Program-made: the position numbers and the translations under genes
Origin: Candidatus Latescibacterota bacterium
GTDB lineage: Bacteria; Latescibacterota; UBA2968; UBA8231
NCBI GenBank assembly: GCA_965243025.1
Contig: CBDETY010000003.1
Location: 6,368,001 to 6,432,000, forward strand
Length of the DNA stretch: 64,000 bases
Direction of reading: 5' to 3'
Shown: in pieces, positions 1 to 10,606 of the stretch
Layout: every line of letters begins with the position of its first letter
Position numbering within the stretch: position 1 is the stretch's first letter
The notes under the pieces: generated by a model
What the model was told of the DNA's origin: nothing
Seen by the model: only the letters and a program-made list of their open reading frames with translations
The model's database searches: none

Positions 1-904
1 TGCGAATCCCAGGGATGATCTCCCGCTGCACCTGGTAGGGTAGGCCCGACAGCGACGCCCCGAACAGCAAAGCGCCCAGTGAGCCGTGGAGTCCCACCAA
101 CTCCGCGCCGTACACTGTCAGGAAGAGCAAGCCGAGCAGCAGACCCAGGGAGAGCTGCGGCACCTGGATCACCCGCTGCAACCGCGCCACCAAAGGCGGC
201 AGCACCCGCGACGACAATACCCAGGTCACCACCGAAAAACCGGCGACTTTGCCCAGCAGAATCAGTATGCCGAGTGGCGAGACCTGGTGGGCGTGTTCGC
301 CGATGCTGAAGCCGATCAGCAGCAGGGCGATCAACTCGGCGATGATCACCACCGTGAAGATCTGCAGTCCAACCGGCTGTTTCAGGTATCCGCCGTCGGT
401 CAGCACTTTGGCCACGATGCCCAGACTGGTCATCGACAGCACGCCGGCCAACGCCAGCGACTCGGTGAAATTCAGTTTCAGTCCGAAATCGAAGACCACA
501 TCGGTGGTGACCAGCATCGAAATGCTCAATGACACGGTCACCGACAGTACGGCGGCGAGGAAGTAATGGCCTTTGAGGGACGACATGAAACTGGAGATAT
601 CCACTTCGTCCAGGCCGATGAGGAAGAAAAAAATGAACACCCCCAGCGCCAGAACCAGCTCGAGGTGCAGCGAAGACTCGATCCACCAGACGCCGGTCAG
701 TTCCATGACCGGCCCGAGAAGCATGCCTGCCGCCGCATAGGCGATGATGGAGTTCAACCGCAGCCTGCGAAAAACGCCCTCGGCCAACTTGGCAACGATG
801 ATGAGCATCCCGACAGTCAACAGCGATTGGTGCAGTTCATTCGTGTGCTCAGCGAAACTGAACAGATCCACCATCTTCTGGAGCGAGAAGCCTTCCGTGG
901 ACAT
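1..904 (-). CDS. cation:proton antiporter (CPA2/Kef-NapA type), runs off the window start
   Basis: Not in the ORF track. Manual translation from ATG at 904 (GGAG upstream) gives MSTEGFSLQKMVDLFSF...LLTVGMLIIVAKLAEG...AGMLLGP...FFFLIGLDE...LSMTSLGIVAKVL...GALLFGASL, a polytopic CPA2-like membrane protein. Confidence 0.8.
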   Translation of the reverse strand, partial: MSTEGFSLQKMVDLFSFAEHTNELHQSLLTVGMLIIVAKLAEGVFRRLRLNSIIAYAAAGMLLGPVMELTGVWWIESSLHLELVLALGVFIFFFLIGLDEVDISSFMSSLKGHYFLAAVLSVTVSLSISMLVTTDVVFDFGLKLNFTESLALAGVLSMTSLGIVAKVLTDGGYLKQPVGLQIFTVVIIAELIALLLIGFSIGEHAHQVSPLGILILLGKVAGFSVVTWVLSSRVLPPLVARLQRVIQVPQLSLGLLLGLLFLTVYGAELVGLHGSLGALLFGASLSGLPYQVQREIIPGIR

Positions 905-939
905 CGTGGGATTCTCCGCAGGTGCCGTTTGGAGGGTAT

Positions 940-2190
940 TCAGTACGGGCTTTTTAGTTTTTCGACCCCGTGGTACTTGCCGTCCGTACCGATCACGGTC
1001 AGGAACACGGCGTCGGATCCCTGGTTGTCGTCCGGCCCGTACTCGAGCTGCATGCCGTCGATTTCCATGGCGCCGGCATCTCGCACCGCGCGGAGAAGGC
1101 ACTCCCGACTCAGGTCGGGGCCGCAGGCTTTAAGGCCGGCGACGGCCAGGCGTCCGGCCAGGTACCCTTCCAGCGAAACGAACCCGGGTTCCGCCCGGGG
1201 GTCGTACTTGGAGAGGGCACCGTGGTATCGGGCCACCACGGGGATGTTCCCGTCGTCGGGGGGAGGAACTACCTGCGTGACGTACACGCCGGCCCCGCCG
1301 GGCCCCAACTCCTTCGCCAGAGCGTTGCTCCCCACGAACGATACCGTCATGAACACCGGGTCCAGCTCCCGCCGCACCAGTTCAATGGTCTTGACCACCG
1401 GCTTGTAGGAGCCAATCATGATCACCGCTTCCGGATTGGCCGCGGTGATCTCGAGGGCGGCTCCCTTCACGGCGCGGGTATTGCGCGGGTAGTGCGCGGC
1501 CGCTACCGGCTCCAGGCCCCGGCGCTCCAGTGCCAGGCGCGCGCCCTCCAGCCCGTTCAAGCCGAAGGAGTCATCCTGATAGAAGACGGCGACGCGGGTG
1601 ATCCCCAGATCCTCGGTGAGCCGCGCCACCATCTCCTCGGTTTCCTGGTAGTACGAAGCCCGGACGTTGAGCACATTGTCCAACTCCGGGTCGCGCAGGA
1701 ATTCGGCCCCCGTGAACGGAGCGAGGAAGGGGACCCCGGCGGCCCGGGCCAGCGGTGATGCAGCGCGGGACGTGGGTGTTCCAACCGCTCCGATCAGCGC
1801 GAATACCGTTTCATTCTCGATCAACCGCTGCGTGTTGGAAGCGGCAAAACCGGTTTCATAGCCGTCATCCAACGCCGTGAGCTTGAGTTCGCGGCCATGG
1901 ACGCCCCCGTCCCGGTTGGCCTCGTGGAATGCCGCCTCGATTCCCAGGCGCATCGCCTTGCCCAGTTCCCGGGCGGGCCCGGTGAACGCGGCCGATTGAC
2001 CGAAAAGGACGTGGTCGTCGGAAAACCCGGGGTCCCCGCGGCCTTCTTCCCGAGCCGTTGCCGGGTGCGGCGTATTCATTCCCCTTCCGCCGTCATCTGG
2101 CTCGGGGGCATCCTGTCCGCAAGCCATGCCAAAGGTTGCAAGCAGCAACCCCGCAATCATCGCAAGGGGGGATATCAAATGAGAAACCAA
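940..2190 (-). CDS. ABC-type (type 1 periplasmic, branched-chain amino acid family) substrate-binding protein
   Basis: Signal peptide; GQSAAFTGPA, GGVHGRELKLTALDDGYE and LIGAVGTPTS motifs; no permease adjacent. Confidence 0.85.
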   Translation of the reverse strand: MVSHLISPLAMIAGLLLATFGMACGQDAPEPDDGGRGMNTPHPATAREEGRGDPGFSDDHVLFGQSAAFTGPARELGKAMRLGIEAAFHEANRDGGVHGRELKLTALDDGYETGFAASNTQRLIENETVFALIGAVGTPTSRAASPLARAAGVPFLAPFTGAEFLRDPELDNVLNVRASYYQETEEMVARLTEDLGITRVAVFYQDDSFGLNGLEGARLALERRGLEPVAAAHYPRNTRAVKGAALEITAANPEAVIMIGSYKPVVKTIELVRRELDPVFMTVSFVGSNALAKELGPGGAGVYVTQVVPPPDDGNIPVVARYHGALSKYDPRAEPGFVSLEGYLAGRLAVAGLKACGPDLSRECLLRAVRDAGAMEIDGMQLEYGPDDNQGSDAVFLTVIGTDGKYHGVEKLKSPY

Positions 2191-2203
2191 ACGCTGCGCC
2201 AGC

Positions 2204-3157
2204 TCATCGTTGCGTTCTCCTCACGGGGGCAGCTCGCCGCATTGCGAGCCTGACACTTCTGAACCGGTCCATGATTTCCGAAACGAGCAGCCTGAACTCA
2301 ATCTTGGCCCGGAGTGCGGGGTCCTCTGTTTCATAGTGTTCGAGAACACCTTCCATTATGGGTGCAGGATCGAGTCCCTCGTCTTCCAGGTCTCCTTGAA
2401 GAGACGCAAAATCGGCCGATGGATCAGCCATCTCCGCGTCGGTAAAGTCGATGACGGACAAGCGTTCGACGTTTAAAGCATCCACAAGAATGTTGCCGAG
2501 GCAAAAGTCGCTGTGCGCTATTGCCCAAACCTGGTCCGTGCACTCCTCCAGTTCTTGAACCCGCTCTTCGAAACCCGTCACCTCAAAACCTGGTTCATGC
2601 TTTCTTAGAAACTCCAGGCCGCGCCGCGCCTGCTTGAGTTCGAGCTTCAAGTCTGCTTTCGGCTGGGGAACGTGTCTCCTGACATCCTGTGGAATATCCT
2701 CGCTGTGCAGAAATGTCAGGAACTCTCCAAGCGATCGGACAAGCGACTCTCGTTGACTCTCACTCATGGCAGTGACCACCTCGGGCGACAGCTCCGCAGC
2801 GTCTATTCTGGAAAACACGGCGTAAAACCCTTTGGGATGTACATACAACGGCCTGGGAACTGAAACCCGCAAATCCTGCTTGCTCAGGTATCCCAGAAGT
2901 ATCGTTTCCTTCAGCAGTGAAGGACGAGATCCGACCTTGTTGACTTTGAGCACCTTGTCTCTCTGGTAGAAAAATGTAAAACTGGGGCTGAACGATCCCG
3001 AAGGCACAAGCTCCAGATCATCGGTATCTATCTTCTTGGCGAAACGTCTGAGAAAAGCCTGCACGTTCCGGTGGGTCAGGCGCGTAGTTTCCTTTATTCT
3101 CGTACATCGTCTCACGAAAACTTTCCTTTGTAAGGCACGGCGGGCCGATCCAACCAT
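2204..3157 (-). CDS. aminoglycoside phosphotransferase/choline kinase-like (APH family) protein
   Basis: HSDFCLGNILV (Brenner-type) and IDFTDA...DPSADF motifs; start codon uncertain; visibly lower GC. Confidence 0.75.
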   Translation of the reverse strand: MVGSARRALQRKVFVRRCTRIKETTRLTHRNVQAFLRRFAKKIDTDDLELVPSGSFSPSFTFFYQRDKVLKVNKVGSRPSLLKETILLGYLSKQDLRVSVPRPLYVHPKGFYAVFSRIDAAELSPEVVTAMSESQRESLVRSLGEFLTFLHSEDIPQDVRRHVPQPKADLKLELKQARRGLEFLRKHEPGFEVTGFEERVQELEECTDQVWAIAHSDFCLGNILVDALNVERLSVIDFTDAEMADPSADFASLQGDLEDEGLDPAPIMEGVLEHYETEDPALRAKIEFRLLVSEIMDRFRSVRLAMRRAAPVRRTQR

Positions 3158-3185
3158 CCGCCCGAACAGCCAAGGTGCGGGCCGG

Positions 3186-3968
3186 CTACGGAGTGGCTAT
3201 GATCGCGTTGGTGGCGGCTGCCGTGACGGACTCGGAGTAGTGGCTGACGGTAACGCCTTCCGCCACGGGAGTGCGCCGCTGGACGATGAACTCGACCCAG
3301 TCCGGACCGTTGAAGGCGCTGTACGCCAGGTAGAGCGAGTCGGCGAGGCTGCTGAACGGCTTCTCCAGGTCGGGGTAGAGCACGGGGCCGGTGTCGGTCT
3401 GGAAGAAGCCGTAGCGCTCGCTGACGTTGATGGTGAAGACCGGGTGCTCCAGCTCGACCCGGTACCCTCCCGAAGTGAACGCGGTGCGGGCCACGAGAGG
3501 GCTGCCCGCGTCGACCGCCTCGACGACCGCCGAAGGGGTGTCCAGCACGGCGCCCTCCACCCGGGCGAGCATGAACCGGTGGCCGTGGAATGCCTCGCGG
3601 GTGGCGATGACGTGGCGCTCCGGCTGCGGCCCCAGGCTCGGCGGGGTGAGCATGACGCCCATGTCGTTGCGCTCCCAGCTCTTCAGGATCAGCGTCTCCT
3701 CCTCCGACATGACGAGACGGACGTCGGCGTTGGGCTGCGTGAATATGCCCAGGGCGCGGTCGGCGCCGACGCGCTCCGACTTGCAGCTCTCGCCCAGGTA
3801 GAAGTCGCCGCGGCTGCCGTCTCCATCCGTGATGGTGCACCGGCAGTCGATGCGGATGCGCGCGCGATTGTGGAGGTTCTGCCTGCGGTCGGTGACGGTC
3901 TTCGGCGGGAATGCCTCGAAGTCCATTTCGAACATGAAGAAGGATCGGTGGTAGTCCAGTACCTGCAT
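3186..3968 (-). CDS. hypothetical protein
   Basis: 260-aa ORF with coding-like codon usage, directly downstream of the enolase-family gene. Confidence 0.7.
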   Translation of the reverse strand: MQVLDYHRSFFMFEMDFEAFPPKTVTDRRQNLHNRARIRIDCRCTITDGDGSRGDFYLGESCKSERVGADRALGIFTQPNADVRLVMSEEETLILKSWERNDMGVMLTPPSLGPQPERHVIATREAFHGHRFMLARVEGAVLDTPSAVVEAVDAGSPLVARTAFTSGGYRVELEHPVFTINVSERYGFFQTDTGPVLYPDLEKPFSSLADSLYLAYSAFNGPDWVEFIVQRRTPVAEGVTVSHYSESVTAAATNAIIATP

Positions 3969-3989
3969 GGGAATGGCCGCAGTTTCAGC

Positions 3990-5123
3990 TCAGTGCACTT
4001 CGACCGTCATCGCCTCGAACCGGTCCTGGTCCCATTCGGCGCCCCATCCCGGACCGTCGGGCGGAACTATGTGGCCATCGGCGATGCGCGGCGTATTGAC
4101 CATGCCCCAGACAGTTCCGTGATCGCCGTCGGTCAGGTCATCGGGACCTGCCTCGAAAAACGTCGTGTTGTCGACGCAGCAGCCGAGGTGAGCGTGGAGA
4201 AGACCGAACAGGCCTCCTCCGGCATTCATCTCGATGGTGGTGTCGCAGAGCTCGGCGAAGTGGGCCATCTTCAACACCTGGGTTGTGCCGAACGCAGCGT
4301 TCGTTCCCAGGATGTCGGTCGCCCCGGAAATAAGCCACTGGGTGGAAATCCCGATGTCGTGCTTGAGCCGTTCAGTTGCCCTGACCGGCAGAGTCAACTC
4401 GCGGCAAAGTTGCTGATAGCGGTGTTGCTTCTGCTCGTGCATCGGTTCCTCGAGCCAGATGAAGCCCAGCTCCTCCATGACATGACCGACTTCGACCGCC
4501 TCTTCCAGCGTGTAGGAACAGACGGCGTCGTTGAGGAGCCCGTAGTCGGGCCCTACCACCTCGCGGACATGGCGAAAGATGGGAATATCGGCTTTCCCGC
4601 CTTTGTAGGAGTGAAACTTGTAAGCGTGGATTCCATGGCGTTTTCCCAGCTCGATGGCCTCGAGATACGACTCGAGGGTCCCGTCCCCTGAGGTGAGGTA
4701 GACCGGGAAACGCTCACGTACTTTGCCGATCAGGTCATAGACGGGGAGTCCCGCTGCCTTGCCGAGGATATCCCAGAGACAGTTGTCGAAGTCGCCGAAC
4801 CAGCCGGGGTGCTGGTACAGCCAGCGGGTACCCTTGTGGAGCATCTGGAAGAGCCGTTCGCGCCGGAGGGGGTCTTCACCCACCACCTGCCTGCGCAGCA
4901 TCTCCACCTGGTCGGGCCTCATTGCGGCCGTGCAGAGTCCATCGACGCCCTCATCGGTCAGCACCTTGAGGAAAGCCTGACGCAGAGGCCTTTCGTCCTG
5001 CCGGGCGATGCTCCCGTGAGTGTACTGAATGCGCCGCAGGCCGGGCACCTCCCTCAGCTTGAAGTACCCCTGAAACCGGTCGGGGTCCTCGAGAGTGATG
5101 AGTTTGATGTCGGTGATTTTCAT
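3990..5123 (-). CDS. mandelate racemase/muconate lactonizing enzyme family protein
   Basis: MKITDIK start; DNCLWDILGKAAGLPVYDLIG, WLEEP and PDGPGWG motifs. Confidence 0.9.
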   Translation of the reverse strand: MKITDIKLITLEDPDRFQGYFKLREVPGLRRIQYTHGSIARQDERPLRQAFLKVLTDEGVDGLCTAAMRPDQVEMLRRQVVGEDPLRRERLFQMLHKGTRWLYQHPGWFGDFDNCLWDILGKAAGLPVYDLIGKVRERFPVYLTSGDGTLESYLEAIELGKRHGIHAYKFHSYKGGKADIPIFRHVREVVGPDYGLLNDAVCSYTLEEAVEVGHVMEELGFIWLEEPMHEQKQHRYQQLCRELTLPVRATERLKHDIGISTQWLISGATDILGTNAAFGTTQVLKMAHFAELCDTTIEMNAGGGLFGLLHAHLGCCVDNTTFFEAGPDDLTDGDHGTVWGMVNTPRIADGHIVPPDGPGWGAEWDQDRFEAMTVEVH

Positions 5124-5222
5124 CCGTTATTCCTTACCAACTCCGTCGATTTCACCCGCGCACGCATCTCTCTGCAGTTTCCGGGTAGACTGACGAGCCC
5201 GCATCCCGGGGGAGCAGGAACG

Positions 5223-6296
5223 TTGAAGACCTACCGCGTCGGCATCATCGGCCTCGGCCGCATGGGCAGCACCATCGACGAGGGCCGCCACCCGGACGTG
5301 CCCGATTCCATCGCCTCGGCGTGCCGCAGAATCGAGCGGCTCGAAGTCGTGGCCGGAGCCGATCCCGAACCGGAGAAACGGGACGCCTTCGCCGCGAAGT
5401 GGGGCGTCGAGACCGTGTTCGAGGACTTTACCGACATGCTGGCGCGGGAGCAGCTCGATCTCGTCGCCGTCTGCGTGCCATCGGGCGGCTTGCCCAAGCG
5501 CGTCAACACGGCGCCCGATCCCGGATACCGCGGCGACGCCCACGCCGACATCGGCATCGCCGTCTCCGAAGCGGGAATCCCGATGCTGTACCTGGAGAAG
5601 GCGATCGCCTGTTCGATGGCGAGAGCCGACCAGCTGCGCGATGTCTGCACCGGCAACGGCACCGTCGTCAACACCGGCGTCTTCAAGCGCTTCAACAGCG
5701 GCTTTCAGGCGGTGCGGGATGCCATCGCCGCCGGCGACATCGGCGAGCCGAAGGTTGCCGTCGCCTTCGCCCGCTCGACCCTCGTGCACGGACACATCCA
5801 CTCCGTCGATCTCATTTCCAGCCTCGTCGGCGACCCCGGGATCGTCTCCGTGCGCGGCGACCTCGTCCCGCCGGATGACCGGTTCGTGGGGGAGCAGCTT
5901 CCAAAGGACCCGTTCGCCAATTTCCAGGTCCGCTTCGAGAGCGGTGTCGAAGGCTGGTCGGTTCCGGCGTTCGGGTGGGAGACGGAGGCCGAAGTCATCG
6001 GCTCCGAAGGGAGCATTCGGGCGCTCAACAACGGTGCCGGCGTGATGCTGCGCAAGGGCGGGTGGGACGAGTACGAACTGCGCCCGGTGAGGATCCCGCC
6101 GCCGAACAGCCCGGTCGCAGCCTGCCTCGAGGACATCGTCGATGCCCGCGAGTCGGGACGGCCGTCGTACAACAACATCGACCTGGCCCACCACACCACC
6201 GAAGCCGTCTTCGCCGCGGCCGAGAGCCATCGCCGCGGCGGCGTCTGGGTGGACCTGCCGCTGGAGAACCGGGACCTCTACATCTACCACGTCTGA
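5223..6296 (+). CDS. Gfo/Idh/MocA family oxidoreductase
   Basis: TTG start after GGAGCAGGA; RVGIIGLGRMG Rossmann motif; LYLEKAIA (EKP variant). Confidence 0.85.
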   Translation: MKTYRVGIIGLGRMGSTIDEGRHPDVPDSIASACRRIERLEVVAGADPEPEKRDAFAAKWGVETVFEDFTDMLAREQLDLVAVCVPSGGLPKRVNTAPDPGYRGDAHADIGIAVSEAGIPMLYLEKAIACSMARADQLRDVCTGNGTVVNTGVFKRFNSGFQAVRDAIAAGDIGEPKVAVAFARSTLVHGHIHSVDLISSLVGDPGIVSVRGDLVPPDDRFVGEQLPKDPFANFQVRFESGVEGWSVPAFGWETEAEVIGSEGSIRALNNGAGVMLRKGGWDEYELRPVRIPPPNSPVAACLEDIVDARESGRPSYNNIDLAHHTTEAVFAAAESHRRGGVWVDLPLENRDLYIYHV

Positions 6297-6307
6297 AGGG
6301 ACCTGCC

Positions 6308-7423
6308 ATGGCAAAACACCGCATCGCCCTCATCGGCACCGGCCGCGTCGGCTACCAGTTCAGCTTCGCCGACCTCCCCGACAACCACGCCGAGGCCGTG
6401 CAGCGAGTCGACGGCTGCGAGCTCGTCGCCGGGGTCAACCGCGGCAAGCAGAAGCTCGAGGACTTCGGCAGGCGCTTCGGCATCGATGCGCTCCATCACG
6501 ACTACCGCCGGATGCTCGACGAGGTGAAGCCTGACATCTGCATCGTCGCGACGCACCCGGAGCTTCACTGCGACATGGTCGTGACCTGCGCCGAATTCCC
6601 CTCCGTGAAGGGGATCGTCTGCGAAAAGCCGATGGGCCTCACCCTGGCCGAGTGCGACCGCATGGTGGACACCTGCGACCGCACCGGCACGCTCCTGCAG
6701 ATGAACCACAACCGGCGCTGGCATCCGGAATGGTCCCTCGCCCTGCAGCTCGTCAGAGACGGGGCCATCGGCGAGCTCAGGCACATCCTCTGCTACTGGG
6801 ACGGAGGCAAACCGGCTCCGTGTTGGCGCAGCGAGAACGAGGGTCCGATGCTGCACGACTTCACCCACCACTTCGACATGATGGACATGTTCGCCGGCGA
6901 GGCCGAGTGGCTCTGCGGCATGGCCGAGCAGCGCCTGCGCCCCTGGGCCGTCGAGGACTTCGCCGCCGCCTTCATGAAGTTCAGGAGCGGCGTCACCGGC
7001 GCCGTGCACTCGGCCGAACTCACCGGATACACCGATACCGGCTTTCAGCTGCGCGGCCACAGCGGCGCCATCGACATGGCCGGGGAGAAAGTCAGGCTTC
7101 TGCAGGCGGTGCCCGACGACTACGAGCCGGATTCCGGCTTTCAGTGGAGCGCGTTGGAGGAAGCCGAGGTCGAGCACCCGCCGCCGGCGTCGACCTACGT
7201 GCTCGCGCTGGAGGAGCTGGCCGCCGCCCTGGAAGGGAACGGGGAGCTGCGCAGCGACGGCAGAACCGGGCGCCGGTCGCTGGAGCTCGTCATGGCCGTC
7301 TACCAGTCGCAACTTGCGGGAAATCAGCCGGTCACGCTGCCGCTCGCCGACCGCGATACCGCGGTGCAGGCGTTGCGGGATGCCGGTGCGTTCGTGGAGA
7401 AGCCGGTGGCTCGAGGCAGATGA
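6308..7423 (+). CDS. Gfo/Idh/MocA family oxidoreductase
   Basis: IALIGTGRVG, VCEKPM and HDFTHHFD motifs. Confidence 0.9.
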   Translation: MAKHRIALIGTGRVGYQFSFADLPDNHAEAVQRVDGCELVAGVNRGKQKLEDFGRRFGIDALHHDYRRMLDEVKPDICIVATHPELHCDMVVTCAEFPSVKGIVCEKPMGLTLAECDRMVDTCDRTGTLLQMNHNRRWHPEWSLALQLVRDGAIGELRHILCYWDGGKPAPCWRSENEGPMLHDFTHHFDMMDMFAGEAEWLCGMAEQRLRPWAVEDFAAAFMKFRSGVTGAVHSAELTGYTDTGFQLRGHSGAIDMAGEKVRLLQAVPDDYEPDSGFQWSALEEAEVEHPPPASTYVLALEELAAALEGNGELRSDGRTGRRSLELVMAVYQSQLAGNQPVTLPLADRDTAVQALRDAGAFVEKPVARGR

Positions 7424-7448
7424 CGGAACATGAGTCCGTGTGCGAAGT

Positions 7449-8459
7449 TCACACCGTATCGAGGGCGGCGACGAGCCCCTTGATGTAACCCACGGCATAC
7501 GCCAGGCTCTGACCTTTTTCCGCTTCGCTGTCCCCCTCGAGCGGATAGTAGTGATCGGGATTCACGCAACCGTCGAACCCCGCGTCTCTCAATGCCCGCA
7601 GAACGGTGAACATGTCCCCGCCCCCGTCGTCGAGCAGGGACTCCTCGAAGGCGCCGTCGATGCCGAACGTGCCGCGCGGGTTGCGCAGGTGGACCATGAA
7701 GATGCGGCCCTTCCGTCCGTAGTTGTGAATCTCGTCGAGCACCAGCGGCATGCCGCCGGCCTCGGCGCGCGTTCCGCAGCAGTACAGATACCCGACACAG
7801 GAATTCGGAAAGGCGTCGACGATGCGGTGGAACCCCAATCCGCCGAACGGCGTATCCGGCAGCGGGATGTCGCTGGGATGCATGGCCAGCTTCACGCCGC
7901 GCTCTTCCGCCTCGGGCACCAGCCGCTCGTAGAGCCGGCAGAAGCGGGCCCACCAGTCCTCCAACTGCTCCTGCGAGGGACGCTCGCACCCCATTACCCG
8001 CGGCCAGTACGAGAAGCGCAGCGCCCGTTCGTCGGTGAAGTCGTGGCCGGGGGGCTGGTTAATGCTCAGCCCCCTCGTCTCGTAGCCGCCCCGGTGCAGC
8101 GACCTCGTGAACCTCGCGAGATGATTGAACTGGTCCCCCGCGAGAGCCGGCCTGACGATCGGAAGACCGGCCTCGGCGTAGACCCGCAGGGCGAGCACGG
8201 CGCGCTCCGCCTCCTCTTCGCCGCCTTCCCGGTCCGTCATGAAGCGATCGGTCACCGCAGGCAGGGTGCACCGGTTCAGGCCCAGGCCGAAGGACCTGAT
8301 TTTCCCGACGATCCGCAGGAGGCCGTCCAGGTCCGGATAGCCCTGCTCCTTCACCCCCGGCAGGTCGGTGCCGACGTCGACACAGTCCGCCCCGAGCTGT
8401 GACACGCGCTTCAGCCAGCTCTCCGAGAGATCGCCGGCGCTGACTGCTGTCCTGATCAT
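7449..8459 (-). CDS. mannonate dehydratase (UxuA)-like protein
   Basis: GVKLAMHPSDIP, YCCGT, IFMVHLRN, NPDH and AYAVGYIKGL motifs. Confidence 0.85.
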   Translation of the reverse strand: MIRTAVSAGDLSESWLKRVSQLGADCVDVGTDLPGVKEQGYPDLDGLLRIVGKIRSFGLGLNRCTLPAVTDRFMTDREGGEEEAERAVLALRVYAEAGLPIVRPALAGDQFNHLARFTRSLHRGGYETRGLSINQPPGHDFTDERALRFSYWPRVMGCERPSQEQLEDWWARFCRLYERLVPEAEERGVKLAMHPSDIPLPDTPFGGLGFHRIVDAFPNSCVGYLYCCGTRAEAGGMPLVLDEIHNYGRKGRIFMVHLRNPRGTFGIDGAFEESLLDDGGGDMFTVLRALRDAGFDGCVNPDHYYPLEGDSEAEKGQSLAYAVGYIKGLVAALDTV

Positions 8460-8519
8460 CGAACCCCGTCACCAACGGCGTCGTCGAAGGAGGATTGCTT
8501 CCGGATCCCCGTCATCCTC

Positions 8520-9710
8520 TCACCATCCCTTCCAGCTGCCGTCTGCATGGCGATATTGACGGAATGCCATGGGCTCGAGCGGGAGCTTGGCGATGTCGGC
8601 TTCCTTTACTTCGATGCCCAGGCCCGGCCGGTCGCTCACGTTGATGTATCCGTCGGCGATCTGCCAATCGTGCTCGGCATACTGGTCGTAGCGCTCGAAA
8701 TACGACGGGGCCATTTCCAGTATCAGGAAATTGGGAGTGACCGCAGATGCATGGAAAGCGGCCGCATTCCCGACGGGGCCTGCCACGTTGTGGGGCGCCA
8801 TCAGCATCTGTTGCCGGTTTGCGCTCCTGGCGATTTCGCAGAACGCGGTGATGCCGAAACAGTGCGTGATGTCCGGCTGCAGAAAGGCGCAAGCCCGGCG
8901 CTGGATCAGTTCTTCGAATTCCCTGGCGGCGAACAGCTGCTCACCCGTAGCAACGGGAACCGGACTGCGCTGCGTGACATCCATCAGGGCGTCGACGGAC
9001 CCGACTTTGACCGGTGCCTCGAGAAACATGGGGGCATAAGGCGCCGCACGTCGGGCGAATTCAATGCTCAGTTCGGGTGTGGGACTCCCGTGCGTGTCCA
9101 GCAGTATCGCCGGATCGGGGCCAATCGCCTCGCGCACGGCGGCAATACACTCGAGGCTGCGTGCGATCGCGGCCAGCTCCATGGGGGCGCGGCGCGATTC
9201 GAGCGGGTTGCCTTTGACCCCGGCGTAGCCGTTGGCGATCTGTTTCCTCGCCGTCTCCGCAGCCTCGGCGGGCGAGCTCTCAACGAGCCCGCCGCTGGCG
9301 TAGACCTGGATACGGTCGCGCCGCCTGCCGCCCAGAATCGCGTGCACGGGCACACCCCAGGCCTTACCGGCAATGTCGTACAGGGCCATGTTGATGGCGG
9401 CCACGGCAGTACCGATGATCGGCCCGCCTTTCCAGGGGGCAAAGTTGACGATGTCGTCGGTCAGCGCTTCGACGCGGGTCGGATCCCGGTCGAGCAGAAG
9501 GGGAACCAATTGTCGCAGCAGCGTTTCAACCGGCTGAACGAGCCACTCGCCGCTGCCTTCGCCCCAGCCGCTGATGCCGGCATCCGTTTCCAGTTTCAGG
9601 AAAAGCCAGCTCTTCATGGTGCTGCAAAGCAATTCGCCGGTTCCGGGATCTCGAATCTCCTGGCCGGTGGGTACGGACAGCGGATAGGTTTTGACAGACG
9701 TGATCTTCAT
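8520..9710 (-). CDS. enolase-superfamily acid-sugar dehydratase (galactonate dehydratase-like)
   Basis: MKITSVKTY start overlapping the upstream stop (ATGA); ALYDIAGKAWGVPVHAILGG, DTHG, ATGE, QPDITH, APHN and RPGLG motifs. Confidence 0.9.
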   Translation of the reverse strand: MKITSVKTYPLSVPTGQEIRDPGTGELLCSTMKSWLFLKLETDAGISGWGEGSGEWLVQPVETLLRQLVPLLLDRDPTRVEALTDDIVNFAPWKGGPIIGTAVAAINMALYDIAGKAWGVPVHAILGGRRRDRIQVYASGGLVESSPAEAAETARKQIANGYAGVKGNPLESRRAPMELAAIARSLECIAAVREAIGPDPAILLDTHGSPTPELSIEFARRAAPYAPMFLEAPVKVGSVDALMDVTQRSPVPVATGEQLFAAREFEELIQRRACAFLQPDITHCFGITAFCEIARSANRQQMLMAPHNVAGPVGNAAAFHASAVTPNFLILEMAPSYFERYDQYAEHDWQIADGYINVSDRPGLGIEVKEADIAKLPLEPMAFRQYRHADGSWKGW

Positions 9711-10606
9711 GAACTCTTCGCCCGGATCGTCTGCTCCACGTCTTCCTTGTAGTCGTCCCCCATGACACTCAGGGCGCGATCGATGCCCGACCCCTTCGAG
9801 GCCTCGAGGTCCAGATCGGTGACCGGCAGCAGGGAAGTAACGTTGGCGTTGCCCCGGAGAAACTTCTCGGCCAGATTGACTCCCGCGCACCAACCGTAGT
9901 GGCCGTAGAGGCGCATGATGCGCTGGCGCGCGTAGGCCGGGGTGTGGCCCTGCGACTGATAGCACATCTCGGCTTCGATACGCTGGTCTGCCCAGCCTGA
10001 TATATCGACGTACACATCGACCTCGTCTCCCGGTTGGGACGGAGCGCAGTAGTAGATGCGGGCAGGCTTGTGGGGCACGCGCTTCTGGCCCTGACGGGGA
10101 TGGCTGGCGACGACCAGGGCGTCGTTGACGACGGCAGCCGTCATCGTATGGTCGTCGTGTCCACTGGACAAACGGCTCCTCGTCTGCTTTTCCGGCACCT
10201 CCGTAATCAGCAGGTCCGGCCTCACCTCGCAGATGAGGTCGGCGACCTCGTCGACCATTTCATCGCTGCTCCGCAGGGGTTTGTCCGGATACCCCATGCA
10301 GCGCACGTCGTCGACACCGAACAGGGCGCAGGCGCGTTTCGCCTCGTCGTATTTCTGGTCGGTATACTCCTGGCGCTGCTGCTCGGTCACACTCGTGTCG
10401 CGCTCTGTCTCGTCCTTGCGCAGCTCTTCAAAGAGCCGCTCGTTGTGCGTGCCGCCCCCGTCGGTCAAAATAGCCACGGTGACTTTATCGCCATTCCGGA
10501 TGTGATTACCCATCGTTCCCAGGGCGTGGGTGCAGTCGTGGGGGTGGGCAAAGAGTCCCAACAACTGCACCTGCTGCTTCGTCTGCAACCATTGCATGAT
10601 CATCAC
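9707..10606 (-). CDS. PIG-L/LmbE family N-acetyl deacetylase
   Basis: AHPHD (HPDD variant), LTDG, GHDDH, VDIS and YQSQ motifs. Confidence 0.85.
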   Translation of the reverse strand: MMIMQWLQTKQQVQLLGLFAHPHDCTHALGTMGNHIRNGDKVTVAILTDGGGTHNERLFEELRKDETERDTSVTEQQRQEYTDQKYDEAKRACALFGVDDVRCMGYPDKPLRSSDEMVDEVADLICEVRPDLLITEVPEKQTRSRLSSGHDDHTMTAAVVNDALVVASHPRQGQKRVPHKPARIYYCAPSQPGDEVDVYVDISGWADQRIEAEMCYQSQGHTPAYARQRIMRLYGHYGWCAGVNLAEKFLRGNANVTSLLPVTDLDLEASKGSGIDRALSVMGDDYKEDVEQTIRAKSS

